From positions 1 to 45,026 of the IMG/VR virus record IMGVR_UViG_3300016478_000220: a stretch of 45,026 nt of DNA. One strand, written 5' to 3'. Positions 1 through 9,046 of the stretch are shown piece after piece. The position numbers were made by a program, and so were the translations under genes. The notes beneath the pieces were generated by a model. The model ran no database searches, had not been told where the DNA came from, and saw only the letters and a list, made by a program, of their open reading frames with translations. Position 1 is the first letter of the stretch, and the number at the start of each line of letters is the position of its first letter. The stretch is from a virus. Its lineage: Duplodnaviria > Caudoviricetes.

Positions 1-26
1 GGGGAGGATTCCCTCCCCCGTTCGGG

Positions 27-539
27 TTATTCCTTCACCAGCTTCCCGAACAATTCCGCCAAGCCTTCCTTGTCGGCTGCCTTCGCGGCCTCCTTGGCAC
101 GGGCGGCCTTGATCGCGGCAATCTCCCTCTTGACCAGGGGATGCGCCGTGATGGCCTTGAACTCCTCGTCGTTGGCCCGCTCGAGGGCCGCACGCACGGA
201 GTCTTCGTCCGCACCCTGAATCTTGCAAAGGGCCGCGATCAGATCGCTTGTGCCTTCGCCGCCCTTCGCCGCCCAGATGCCCGCGTAGAGGTTATCCACA
301 ACCGTCTGCATGGCGCCGAAGGCGGAATGGAAATCCCGCGCGGCGGAGAACCCGCTCGCGGCATCGCCCACTTTCTGACTCAGGCCGTGAAAGGCGAGTC
401 GGTCCCAGACTTCGCCCGGGATCTTGTCCCGTTCCGCGACGACCTTAACCCCATTCCCGAGAAGGAACGTAACCTTCCCGTCCTCGCCGTCGGTGCTGGT
501 CGGAACAACCTTCTTCAAAAACGCCTTTTTGACTTCCAT
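27..539 (-). CDS. Hypothetical protein, paralog of 37009..37527
   Basis: 170-aa ORF with AGGAG RBS and upstream promoter; aligns by eye with 37009..37527 (TF.GNG, HG..QK.GD, AHP.VK..IA.I.A..A.EA). Confidence 0.85.
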   Translation of the reverse strand: MEVKKAFLKKVVPTSTDGEDGKVTFLLGNGVKVVAERDKIPGEVWDRLAFHGLSQKVGDAASGFSAARDFHSAFGAMQTVVDNLYAGIWAAKGGEGTSDLIAALCKIQGADEDSVRAALERANDEEFKAITAHPLVKREIAAIKAARAKEAAKAADKEGLAELFGKLVKE

Positions 540-653
540 GATTATCTCCTAAAGAACAGGCGGATACCGCCGCCTCGGTCGCGGGGAGTCTTCCCCGCCG
601 GTCCTACCACTCCCATCACGTTGTGAAAGAGCACTGCGTTAATCCATGTACAA

Positions 654-682
654 AGTATAATCCCCCCTGAACGGGAAGGCAA
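654..682 (-). promoter_or_regulatory. Sigma70-type promoter for 27..539
   Basis: TTGCCT-17 bp-TATACT on the - strand. Confidence 0.65.
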
Positions 683-799
683 GCTCGGAAAATTCCCCCG
701 TAAAATCAACGGGTTAGCGACCGACCCGGCCTCCCCCCCACGAGGGGGCTGGACGCCAGGGGGATGGACCACACGGATTTTTGAAGCTGGTCTGAATTA

Positions 800-833
800 A
801 TGGGGAGGTTAATTCCCCAATTAATCCGGCCCT
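800..833. repeat. Dispersed 13-8-13 palindrome, copy 1
   Basis: ATGGGGAGGTTAA ttccccaa TTAATCCGGCCCT, between divergent promoters. Confidence 0.85.
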
Positions 834-895
834 CTCCCTTCCCCTCCCCTCCCCGCCAGCCATCCCCGCCAGCCCGCCCTCGCGCCCGTCCCCTC

Positions 896-924
896 TTGAC
901 AGCCGTCCCGGGAAGAAATAGAAT
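896..924 (+). promoter_or_regulatory. Sigma70-type promoter of the packaging/structural operon
   Basis: TTGACA-17 bp-TAGAAT, followed by AGGAG RBS and ATG 960. Confidence 0.75.
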
Positions 925-959
925 CTCGTTCATCCCCCGCCAATCAGGAGTAGCGCGCA

Positions 960-1544
960 ATGAGCAACGAGATGTATGACATCGACTGGCCCGCGAGTAA
1001 AGGGACCAGCCTGCAGAAGCTGAGCCATACGCACGACCAGATGATTAACTGGCTCCTGCTGAACCCGGAGAAATCCCTGCGGGAGCTCGCGGACGTCTTC
1101 GGCTATTCCCAGGCCTGGGTGAGCACCGTGATCCACTCGGACATCTTCCAGGCCGCGCTGAAAGAGCGTCAGATTCAGCTCGCCTCCCTGGTGGTGCAGG
1201 GTATCCCGGACAAACTCCGGCGAGTGGCGGACATCGGCGTGGAGAAGCTCACGCAGCAGCTCGAACAGAGCGAAGACCCGAAGTTCGTCCTGGACGCCAC
1301 GGACAAGATCCTTCACCGGCTCGGCTACGCCCCGCAAAGCGCCCGTGCCCCGGGAGGTATGGTCGGGGGCCAGTCCCCGGCCGGGGTCACTGTGAGCGTG
1401 ACCGTCACGGACCTGCAGGACGCGCAGAACCTGATCGCGACAGTGGCTCGCGGGAAGTGCGAGAAGGAGATCGAAGGGGAGGTGCTGGAAGTGAAGGAGC
1501 TGGACGTGGACGAGGCGAATGGCGGGATTGGCCGGGAGAGCTGA
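960..1544 (+). CDS. Putative terminase small subunit
   Basis: N-terminal HTH (SLRELADVFGYSQAWVSTVI), helical middle, first gene of the packaging operon. Confidence 0.6.
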   Translation: MSNEMYDIDWPASKGTSLQKLSHTHDQMINWLLLNPEKSLRELADVFGYSQAWVSTVIHSDIFQAALKERQIQLASLVVQGIPDKLRRVADIGVEKLTQQLEQSEDPKFVLDATDKILHRLGYAPQSARAPGGMVGGQSPAGVTVSVTVTDLQDAQNLIATVARGKCEKEIEGEVLEVKELDVDEANGGIGRES

Positions 1545-1545
1545 C

Positions 1546-2052
1546 ATGGACACCCCTGTACAATACTGTCCCCCGCACGGGGGATTTAGGCCAGCCGGCC
1601 AGGTCGTCGCCGCCCACTTCTGCACTCCCCCCAGCCTGACGAAGCGGCGCCTCACGGGTCGGAGGCTCCAGGGCGTCCGGTACGAGAAGAAGGCGCAGGA
1701 GTACCTGCAGGAGCGTCTCGGGGAGGGCTATGTGAACTCCCCGTGGATTCGCTTCCTCGCGGACGGGAAGTGGCGCTGGTGCCAGCCGGACGGGATTCTC
1801 TTCAAGCCCCGGGAGGGTCGGATCGTGATCGTCGAGGTGAAGTACCAGCATACCTCGGACGCTTGGTGGCAGCTCCGGCACCTTTACCAGCCAGTGCTGG
1901 AAGCGATCTTTCCCCGGGACCTCTGGAGGTACGAGGTGTGCGAGTTGGTTAAGTGGTTTGACCCCGCCACCCCGTTCCCGGAGAAAACTGTCTTCGCCCA
2001 TGAAGTGGACATGATGTCGCATGGGTTTAAGGTTCACATCTGGAGGCCCTGA
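1546..2052 (+). CDS. PD-(D/E)XK nuclease-like protein
   Basis: QPDGILF...IVIVEVK motif; ATG 1546 follows the upstream stop; TGATG overlap with the next gene. Confidence 0.6.
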   Translation: MDTPVQYCPPHGGFRPAGQVVAAHFCTPPSLTKRRLTGRRLQGVRYEKKAQEYLQERLGEGYVNSPWIRFLADGKWRWCQPDGILFKPREGRIVIVEVKYQHTSDAWWQLRHLYQPVLEAIFPRDLWRYEVCELVKWFDPATPFPEKTVFAHEVDMMSHGFKVHIWRP

Positions 2053-3536
2053 TGTTTGACAATATTCTCCTGTCTCCGGACGAAGCTGTCCGGATTGGCG
2101 CCACGAGCCTAACCCGCTACGGGCGCATTTTCTTTCCCCGGACCTTCCGCCAAGCCAGTCCCGTGTTTCATGAGAGCATCGGCACGGTGCTGGATAACCC
2201 GGACTTCCGGCAGGTGGCAATCGAGGTCTTCCGGGACGGGGCCAAGACGACCCTGATCCGGACCCTGATCAGCCGCCGCATCGCCTACGGGATTACCCGG
2301 ACGGGCCTGATCGTCTCCGCCAGCCAGTACCACTCCATCATGACCCTGCGGTGGATTAAGCGCCAGATCGAGCATAACAAGACCTGGACGCAAATCTTCA
2401 AGCTGCGGAAGGGGAGCAAGTGGAGCGACGACCATATCGAGATCATTCACGGGAAGTTCGAGCATCCAGTGACCCTGCTTGCCCTGGGTATCACCGGCCA
2501 GCTGCGCGGGTATAACATTGATGACTACCGGCCGGACCTGATTATCTGCGATGACACGTCCACAGACGAAGCGGCCAACTCGGCCGGGCAGCGGAAGAAG
2601 GAACAGAACCTGGTCTTCGGCGCCCTGCTGAACTCCCTCGCCCCGGAGAGCGAGGCGCCGAACGCGAAGGCTATTATCCTCGACACCCCGAAGAGTAAGT
2701 TCGACCTGATCGAAAGCTGCGAGTCGGACCCGGCCTGGAAGTTCTTCCGGTTTGGTATCTTTGACGAAGCCGGGGAAAGCCGCTGGCCGGAACGCTACCC
2801 GACAGCGACTCTGCTCCAGGCGAAGGAGCACGCAGTAAAGGCCGGGCGCCTGACCATCTGGCTCCGGGAGAAAGAGTGTAAGGTTGTGAGCGAGGAGACG
2901 GCCTCCTTCATGGAGAGTCAGCTGATGTATTGGGAAACTCTCCCGGACTACGCCACTTACCTGATCGCTATCGACCCCGCGTCGAGCGATTCCCCGAAGG
3001 CCGACGATAATGTGGTCGCAGTGCTTGCACTCAAAAAAGGGAACGTGTATCTTGTGGAATATCAGGCCGCTACAGGCCAGAACCCTGAGATGGTGACCAC
3101 TGCCGTCTTTGAGTATGCTCGTCGTTTCCGGCCAATCGGCTGCGTGGTGGAGAGTATCGCGTACCAGCGCACGCTGGCTTGGTACCTGGAGAAGGAATTG
3201 CGCAAGGCACGCATCCCCCTCCCGGTGTTCAAGCGTCAGGACAGACGGAGTAAACCTGACCGGATTGTGCAGGCGATCGGGGGCTATGTGGCGTATCAGC
3301 GGCTGTATGTGCGCCGCTCGCACGCGAAGTTCCTTGAGCAGTATATTGAGTTCTCCCCGCTCGCGGAGATTCACGATGACGTGCTGGATGCAGTGTCGAT
3401 CGGGATTGACTGGGCCGAGGACCGGGGACTGGATTCCATCCTCGAAGGCGAGTCCCGCCGGATTCCCGAGGGGGAAGATGATGAAGATGAATACGACGGC
3501 GAAGCCCGTCGCCTTACTTTCAGGAACGCGCCATGA
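2052..3536 (+). CDS. terL: Terminase large subunit
   Basis: Walker A-like FRDGAKTT, Walker B LIICDD, RNase H-like IAIDPA and HDDVLDA. Confidence 0.9.
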   Translation: MFDNILLSPDEAVRIGATSLTRYGRIFFPRTFRQASPVFHESIGTVLDNPDFRQVAIEVFRDGAKTTLIRTLISRRIAYGITRTGLIVSASQYHSIMTLRWIKRQIEHNKTWTQIFKLRKGSKWSDDHIEIIHGKFEHPVTLLALGITGQLRGYNIDDYRPDLIICDDTSTDEAANSAGQRKKEQNLVFGALLNSLAPESEAPNAKAIILDTPKSKFDLIESCESDPAWKFFRFGIFDEAGESRWPERYPTATLLQAKEHAVKAGRLTIWLREKECKVVSEETASFMESQLMYWETLPDYATYLIAIDPASSDSPKADDNVVAVLALKKGNVYLVEYQAATGQNPEMVTTAVFEYARRFRPIGCVVESIAYQRTLAWYLEKELRKARIPLPVFKRQDRRSKPDRIVQAIGGYVAYQRLYVRRSHAKFLEQYIEFSPLAEIHDDVLDAVSIGIDWAEDRGLDSILEGESRRIPEGEDDEDEYDGEARRLTFRNAP

Positions 3537-5464
3537 AATACGATAAGACGAAATTGCAGCCTGGGGTTTTCCGTATCCCCTTCGGGTCTCCGCTTCACAA
3601 GAAGATCATCGGGCGGTTCTCCGCTTTCCGCCGCATGTCGCGGGATGAGCAGCGGAAGTCCCGCGACAAGGCCTGGAAGGAGGCTGAGAATACCTTCACC
3701 GCTTACATGCCGGAGGCGGATGTTGATTCCGCTCGGAAGGATAACCGGGCGAGCGGGAAGCAGGACTATGTCACCATCTCGGTCCCGTACAGCTACGCGA
3801 TGCTGCTCACCTCGCACACGTATTACACGAGCGTTCTTCTCGCCCGCGATCCCGTCTTTCAGCTGAAGGGCCGGCACGGCGAGAGCCAGAATGCGGAAAT
3901 CGCTATGGAGAGCATGCTGGATTACCAGTTCTCCGTGGGCGGCGGCTCAGTCCCGCTGTTCATCTGGCTGATGGATGTGGGCAAGTACGGGCACGCCGTC
4001 GTCGGGCACTACTGGGACCGGGAAGTCTTCACGGTGAGTAAGCAGATCGAGCGGCCTCGCACCTTCATGGGGGTGCCCATCCCCGGCACGTCGGAACTCG
4101 CCCTAGTCTCCGAGGAGATGGTCGGGTATGAAGGGAACCGGCTGTACAACATTCGGCCCCAGGACTTTTACACCGACCCGCGCGTCCCCCTGATCCGCTT
4201 CCAGGAAGGGGAGTTCTGCATCGTCTTCGACAAGGTGGGCTGGAACAAGATCGCGACCAAGGCCGTAGACGGCATCTACTTCAACGTGGACGCGCTGGTT
4301 AAGGAAGGTTCGCAGACCGGGGCTGACTTCGACCGGGGGGAGACCGGGAATAATACTGAGCTCGCCGGGGACAATATCGACTTCTACCCGGATGGCGAGA
4401 AGGGGACTCCCTCGTCAGTCGTGCTGGAAGAATTCCACTGGAACCTCATCCCCAGCGAGGTCGGCCTGGGCTCGAGCAACCGGCCTGAAAAGTGGGTGTT
4501 CACGATCGCTAATCAGCGGATTATCGTCGGCGCCCAGCCCCTGGGCCTGATCCACAACAGGTATCCGTTCGACGTGATCAGCTGCGAGGTGGAGGGCTAC
4601 AACGTCTTCAACCGGTCCATGCTGGAAATTCTCGACCCGCTGAACAAGACGATGGAGTGGCTGTTCAACTCCCACTTCTACAACGTGCGGGCTGCGCTGA
4701 ACAACATCTTCGTGTTCGATCCCAGTATGATCCACGTCCGCGACCTGGAGGAACCTGGGCCGGGCAAGCATGTGCGCCTCAAGCCGGCTGCATACGGCCA
4801 GGACGTGCGGACCCTCCTGCACCAGTTCCCCGTCGCTGACGTCACGCGCTCGAACCTGAACGACTCAGAAGTCGTGGCCAGCCTGGCCCAGCGCGTCACT
4901 GGCGTGAACGACAATGTGATGGGGGCGGTGAACTCTGGCGGGCGTAAGACCGCAACGGAAGTCCGTTCCTCCACCACCTTCGGCGTGAACCGGCTGAAGA
5001 CGAATTGCGAGTGGTTCAGCGCGATGGGGTTCTCCCCGCTGTGCATGAAGATGACCATGAACACTCAGCAGCTCTACTCCGCAGAACGCAAGTACCGGAT
5101 TGTCGGAGACGGAGGGCAGTTCGCTGAGAAGTATATGCAGATCACCCCCAAGGACATTGCGGGCTTCTTCGACTTCGTCCCCGTCGACGGGACGCTGCCG
5201 ATCGACCGCTTCGCACAGGTGAACACGTGGCAGATGCTGCTCTCGAACCTGGCGAAAGTCCCCGGCATGATGCAAGGGTATGACCTCCCCCGCATCTTCG
5301 CCTTCGTGGCGCAGCTCGGGGGCTTGAAGAATCTGGAACGTTTCCGCGTCCAGGTGGTCCCGGACGGCGTGATGGAGCAGCAGGCCGCTGCCGGGAATGT
5401 AGTGCCTATGCGGACTAACCTCAACGAACCCGGGCAGATTCCGGGTATGGGAGCGACAGGATAA
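3533..5464 (+). CDS. Portal protein
   Basis: 643 aa directly after TerL; podovirus portal-like segments (TGVNDNVMG, RKTATEV). Confidence 0.85.
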   Translation: MKYDKTKLQPGVFRIPFGSPLHKKIIGRFSAFRRMSRDEQRKSRDKAWKEAENTFTAYMPEADVDSARKDNRASGKQDYVTISVPYSYAMLLTSHTYYTSVLLARDPVFQLKGRHGESQNAEIAMESMLDYQFSVGGGSVPLFIWLMDVGKYGHAVVGHYWDREVFTVSKQIERPRTFMGVPIPGTSELALVSEEMVGYEGNRLYNIRPQDFYTDPRVPLIRFQEGEFCIVFDKVGWNKIATKAVDGIYFNVDALVKEGSQTGADFDRGETGNNTELAGDNIDFYPDGEKGTPSSVVLEEFHWNLIPSEVGLGSSNRPEKWVFTIANQRIIVGAQPLGLIHNRYPFDVISCEVEGYNVFNRSMLEILDPLNKTMEWLFNSHFYNVRAALNNIFVFDPSMIHVRDLEEPGPGKHVRLKPAAYGQDVRTLLHQFPVADVTRSNLNDSEVVASLAQRVTGVNDNVMGAVNSGGRKTATEVRSSTTFGVNRLKTNCEWFSAMGFSPLCMKMTMNTQQLYSAERKYRIVGDGGQFAEKYMQITPKDIAGFFDFVPVDGTLPIDRFAQVNTWQMLLSNLAKVPGMMQGYDLPRIFAFVAQLGGLKNLERFRVQVVPDGVMEQQAAAGNVVPMRTNLNEPGQIPGMGATG

Positions 5465-5772
5465 TGGCAAATATCGTCGATACTACTCTCCTCACCAAGG
5501 ACGAGTGTTATGCTCTACGCAAAGAGTTCCAGGACTTGCAAAGTAGTCCGGGGTGGTTAAAATTGGTGGCAATCCTTCAGGCACAAGTGGACCGACTTCA
5601 GACTGAGTTGATCTACGGTTCGCCTGATAACCCGAACATCCTCGCCATCTCGGAGCGGGTCAAGGGGAAGATGGAAGGGCGCCTGTCAGTGGAAGCAACG
5701 CTGACAGGTATTTTGGTAGACATCGAAGAGCAACTCAAATCCAAGCAAGGAGATAGCAATGCTGATTCATAA
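5464..5772 (+). CDS. Small helical head-assembly region protein
   Basis: Coupled to the portal stop (TAATG); typical position between portal and scaffold. Confidence 0.7.
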   Translation: MANIVDTTLLTKDECYALRKEFQDLQSSPGWLKLVAILQAQVDRLQTELIYGSPDNPNILAISERVKGKMEGRLSVEATLTGILVDIEEQLKSKQGDSNADS

Positions 5773-6727
5773 ACTGCTGCGGCGTTTCCACAATCAGGCC
5801 GGGGAAAACGGTGATACCGGCTCGGGCGCCGGGAGCGACACGTCGTTTGTGCAGCCTGCGGCAAGCGAGGATGTTAGCACCGCTTCGGACTCGACGGAGT
5901 CTGACGTTAATTGGGACGAGATCCATAACCAGCTCGACGCCGATGACCTCGGCGGGGAGGAAGGGGATTTGGTCGTGGAACCGAGCGTGGAGCCGACTCC
6001 CACGCCCGCGCCTGCGGCTGCCCCTGCCCCGGCTACCCCGGCACCTGTGGAGCCCGCTCCGCAGCCCGTGGTGCCTGCCCCCGCTCCGGCCCCGGCTCCT
6101 GCTGCTCCGGCTCCCGCTCCCGCCCCGGAAGTCCCTGACACTCCGACGAATGCTCCCACCGCGGAGCAGTATCAGGCGTGGCGCGCTGGACGGGAAGAGG
6201 TCCTCGCTACGCAGCTGTACGCCATCAACGATGATGACGCCGCTGCGCTGCTGACCGAGCCCGAAAAGATTCTGCCCCGCATGGCCGCTCGGATGCACAT
6301 GGAAGTCCTGGAACACGCCATGCAGGCGATTCAGGCAAGTATGCCGATGATCCTCGCGGATCACACCCAAGCAACGCAACGCGAGACGTCGGCTCGTTCG
6401 CTGTTCTCCAGCGTGAACCCGGACCTCAACGATCCCCGGCTCGAACCGGCGATCATCCAGTTGGGTACGGTCTATCGCAAGATGAACTCGCAAGCCAGTC
6501 CTGAAGAGGCTGCGCGCGCCATTGGCGCACTGGTTCGTGCCTCCCTGAACATGCCGGCCCCTGTGGCTGGTGGAGGGGTTCCCCCGGCTGCGGTCGTACC
6601 AACGACTCCCGCTGCCCCGGTTCCGTTCACTCCCGCACGTGGGAGCGGATCGGGTGCAAGTCGTCCCGCCGGGTCTGAGAACTTCTTCGAGCAGATGGCC
6701 GAAGACTTCCTGAAAAACGGTGACTAA
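5759..6727 (+). CDS. Putative capsid scaffolding protein
   Basis: Acidic N-terminus, Pro/Ala linker, helical core; directly upstream of the major capsid gene; AGGAG RBS. Confidence 0.7.
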   Translation: MLIHKLLRRFHNQAGENGDTGSGAGSDTSFVQPAASEDVSTASDSTESDVNWDEIHNQLDADDLGGEEGDLVVEPSVEPTPTPAPAAAPAPATPAPVEPAPQPVVPAPAPAPAPAAPAPAPAPEVPDTPTNAPTAEQYQAWRAGREEVLATQLYAINDDDAAALLTEPEKILPRMAARMHMEVLEHAMQAIQASMPMILADHTQATQRETSARSLFSSVNPDLNDPRLEPAIIQLGTVYRKMNSQASPEEAARAIGALVRASLNMPAPVAGGGVPPAAVVPTTPAAPVPFTPARGSGSGASRPAGSENFFEQMAEDFLKNGD

Positions 6728-6738
6728 GGAGTACAATT

Positions 6739-7941
6739 ATGGCTATCGCAGGCCTTCGTGGTACCGGAGACTGGGGCACCGATGAGCGCCCCAAGAACTT
6801 CCGTGAAATGATCCTCTGGCGTCAACCCAACGGGCAGGCTCCGCTCACGGCCCTTCTTTCCAAGGCCAAGTCCGAGAAGACCGATGACCCGGAATTCTCG
6901 TGGTACGAGGAAGAGCTGAACGCGCTCCGCCTGACCGTGAACTTCAACACGGGCTACTCGACCACCGACACGAGCGTTGTCGTTACGTCGAATCTGACCG
7001 ACGCGTCCGACGTCGTGGCTGGTGACGTGTTCCTCGTTGAAAAGGCCCTGACCAGCGCCTACAACAATGAGGTGATCGTCGCCACCACGGCTGGTACCGG
7101 CAGTACGGTGCAGTTCCAACGCGGCGCAGCCGGCACGACCGCGGCCCCGCTCGCGCATGGTACCTGCCTGACCCGCATCGGCAGTGTGTTCGCGGAAGGT
7201 ACGGGCGCCCCGACCGCTTCGACCCGCAACCCGACCAAGTTCATGAACTTGTGTCAGATCTTCAAGACGACCTACGACATCACCGAGACGGCCAGCCGTA
7301 CCCGGACGCGTACGGGCGACCCTGTGAAGAACGACAAGAAGCGCAAGATGTTCGACCACTCGGTGGTGATGGAACTTGCGTGGCTGTTCGGCAAGCGGTT
7401 CGAGACGGTTGGCGCCAACGGCAAGCCCCTGCGCTTCACCGGCGGCTTCCTGTGGTTCCTGTCGCAGTACGCGCCGCAGATGATCACGGCCTTCACGACG
7501 ACCCCGACTGAAACGACCTTCACCGACGCGGTGTACAAGGTGTTCGATTACCAGTCGAACGCCGGTGACGAGCGTTTGGTGTTCGCGGGCAACGGCTTCC
7601 TGAACAGCCTCAACCGGCTTGCCAACAGCCAGGCCCGCACGCGTGTGAACTTTGACGGCATCGTCAAGGAATACGGGATGAACCTCCAGCGTTGGACTCT
7701 CCCGCAAGGGACGCTCTACGTGAAGAGCCACCCGCTGTTCAACACGCACGGCCGCTTCACCAACGACGCCTTCATCTTCGACCCAAGCGTTGTCAAGTAC
7801 CGCGCCATGCGTGATACGACCTTCAAGGACAACATCCAGGCGAACGATGCGGACGAGAAGAAGGGCCAGTGGCTGACCGAAGCCGGCCTGGAACTCGAAC
7901 ACGCCAAGACCACGGGCTGGATCAGCAACTTCGTGGTGTAA
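6739..7941 (+). CDS. Major capsid protein (DUF5309/SU10-like)
   Basis: 400 aa, TAAGGAG RBS, strongly biased codons; EFSWYEE, N.CQIFK, RFTGG, KKGQWLTEAGLE motifs. Confidence 0.85.
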   Translation: MAIAGLRGTGDWGTDERPKNFREMILWRQPNGQAPLTALLSKAKSEKTDDPEFSWYEEELNALRLTVNFNTGYSTTDTSVVVTSNLTDASDVVAGDVFLVEKALTSAYNNEVIVATTAGTGSTVQFQRGAAGTTAAPLAHGTCLTRIGSVFAEGTGAPTASTRNPTKFMNLCQIFKTTYDITETASRTRTRTGDPVKNDKKRKMFDHSVVMELAWLFGKRFETVGANGKPLRFTGGFLWFLSQYAPQMITAFTTTPTETTFTDAVYKVFDYQSNAGDERLVFAGNGFLNSLNRLANSQARTRVNFDGIVKEYGMNLQRWTLPQGTLYVKSHPLFNTHGRFTNDAFIFDPSVVKYRAMRDTTFKDNIQANDADEKKGQWLTEAGLELEHAKTTGWISNFVV

Positions 7942-7969
7942 CCTGACGTAAGGTAGTACCTTGGGGTGG

Positions 7970-8003
7970 ATGGGGCGGTTAATTGCGAAATTAACCTCCC
8001 CAT
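7970..8003. repeat. Dispersed 13-8-13 palindrome, copy 2
   Basis: ATGGGGCGGTTAA ttgcgaaa TTAACCTCCCCAT followed by a T-run; may also act as the capsid-gene terminator. Confidence 0.85.
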
Positions 8004-8046
8004 TTTTTCGCCCCTCAATCCCGTCCACGTTTTCGGTAAGGAGCCG

Positions 8047-8075
8047 TTGACCGGGGATTGCTACGCGGGCAGAAT
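8047..8075 (+). promoter_or_regulatory. Putative sigma70-type promoter
   Basis: TTGACC-17 bp-CAGAAT upstream of AGGAG RBS and ATG 8104. Confidence 0.5.
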
Positions 8076-8103
8076 TATCCCATGTTCAACAAGGAGAAGC
8101 GCT

Positions 8104-8391
8104 ATGGCAAAGAAGCGGAAGGTGAAAGTGGCTAATGCGGGGGTGGGGCTGTGCCCTGCCGATTCCCCGACTCTCTGGCTCCAGGTGGAGAAGGAGGACA
8201 TCAAAGGACTGGAAATCGGTCAGACTGTCACGCTGGTGATTAAGGGGAAAGTCGCGGCTCTGGAGCAGCGGGAGTCGTACGGAGACCAGGAAAAGGTCAC
8301 GCACGAGATTCGCGTCCGGGACTACGAGGTGATGGTCGAGGGAGGTGGGAACGTCTTCGAGGAGCTGTCGAAGGAGGACGACGATGAGTGA
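8104..8391 (+). CDS. Hypothetical protein (possible small beta-barrel)
   Basis: Start reassigned to MAKKRK on RBS AAGGAG; LEIGQTVTLVIKGKV strand pattern. Confidence 0.7.
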   Translation: MAKKRKVKVANAGVGLCPADSPTLWLQVEKEDIKGLEIGQTVTLVIKGKVAALEQRESYGDQEKVTHEIRVRDYEVMVEGGGNVFEELSKEDDDE

Positions 8392-9046
8392 CACTTTCCG
8401 CTGCGTCGTCGGAGTCCCGTCGGGGAATACCTGGGACGCCCAGTTCGCTATGTGCTTGGTGAATCTGGTGGCGTACTTCGACAAGTGCCCGGTGCCGGGC
8501 TATACGCGACAAGAGCTGCGGGTTGTGAATGTGCGGTCGAGTATCCTTCCCCGGAATCGGATGAACCTGGTGAAGGCCGCCAGAGCCGCGAAGGCCACGC
8601 ACCTGCTCTTCCTGGACTCGGATCACACGTTCCCGAAGGACCTGGTCCATCGCCTCGGTATGGCGAGGAAGCTGGTTGTGGCGGCAAACTGCGTCACGAA
8701 GCAGATCCCCGCCCGTCCGACCGCTCGCGCCTTTTCCGAGGAAGTGGCGGAAGGGGAGCCGGTGTACTCGGAGTCGCAGAAACTGGAACTCGTCTGGCGG
8801 GTCGGCACCGGCGTTATGCTGGTCAACATGAAAGTGTTTGCCGCGATCGGGGATGGGTGCTGGGATATGAAATATCTCCCCGAACGGGACGACTACCAGG
8901 GCGAGGACTGGTCCTTCTGCGAAGCGTTGCAAAAGGTCGGTATCCCCATCTGGGTCGATCACGGGGTAAGCCAGCAGATCGGGCACGTGGGCAGCTTCGA
9001 GTATACCCACGCTGTGATTGGTGAACTGGTGCAGGCGGCTGAATAA
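8384..9046 (+). CDS. GT-A fold (GT2-like) glycosyltransferase
   Basis: THLLFLDSD (DxD), GTGVMLV, GEDWSFC, WVD...GHVG; start MSDTF after GGAGG. Confidence 0.8.
   Translation: MSDTFRCVVGVPSGNTWDAQFAMCLVNLVAYFDKCPVPGYTRQELRVVNVRSSILPRNRMNLVKAARAAKATHLLFLDSDHTFPKDLVHRLGMARKLVVAANCVTKQIPARPTARAFSEEVAEGEPVYSESQKLELVWRVGTGVMLVNMKVFAAIGDGCWDMKYLPERDDYQGEDWSFCEALQKVGIPIWVDHGVSQQIGHVGSFEYTHAVIGELVQAAE

Noticed and set aside
540-800. tRNA or structured ncRNA in intergenic regions
   Set aside because: Only short GC hairpins; no cloverleaf or T-loop consensus found by eye; a covariance search would be needed to exclude ncRNA
800-833. Palindromes as active lox-like recombination sites
   Set aside because: The geometry fits, but the spacers all differ (tyrosine recombinases need matching spacers) and no recombinase gene was recognised; kept only as a remote possibility
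2109-3374. Long antisense ORFs (also 6724..8028, 18700..20418, 20500..21846, 23851..25461, 29951..31294)
   Set aside because: They shadow well-supported genes on the opposite strand, lack motifs, and are expected in GC-rich DNA with biased codons
5990-6130. GC-rich CCGGCT/CCTGC repeats in the scaffold gene and Ala/Gly repeats at ~17020-17200
   Set aside because: Explained by Pro/Ala and Ala/Gly low-complexity protein linkers
7966-8103. ORF-track N-terminal extensions through palindromes or promoters (7966, 27441, 31255, 32131)
   Set aside because: Downstream ATGs have better RBSs or fit gene packing; the extensions cross regulatory sequence or neighbouring genes
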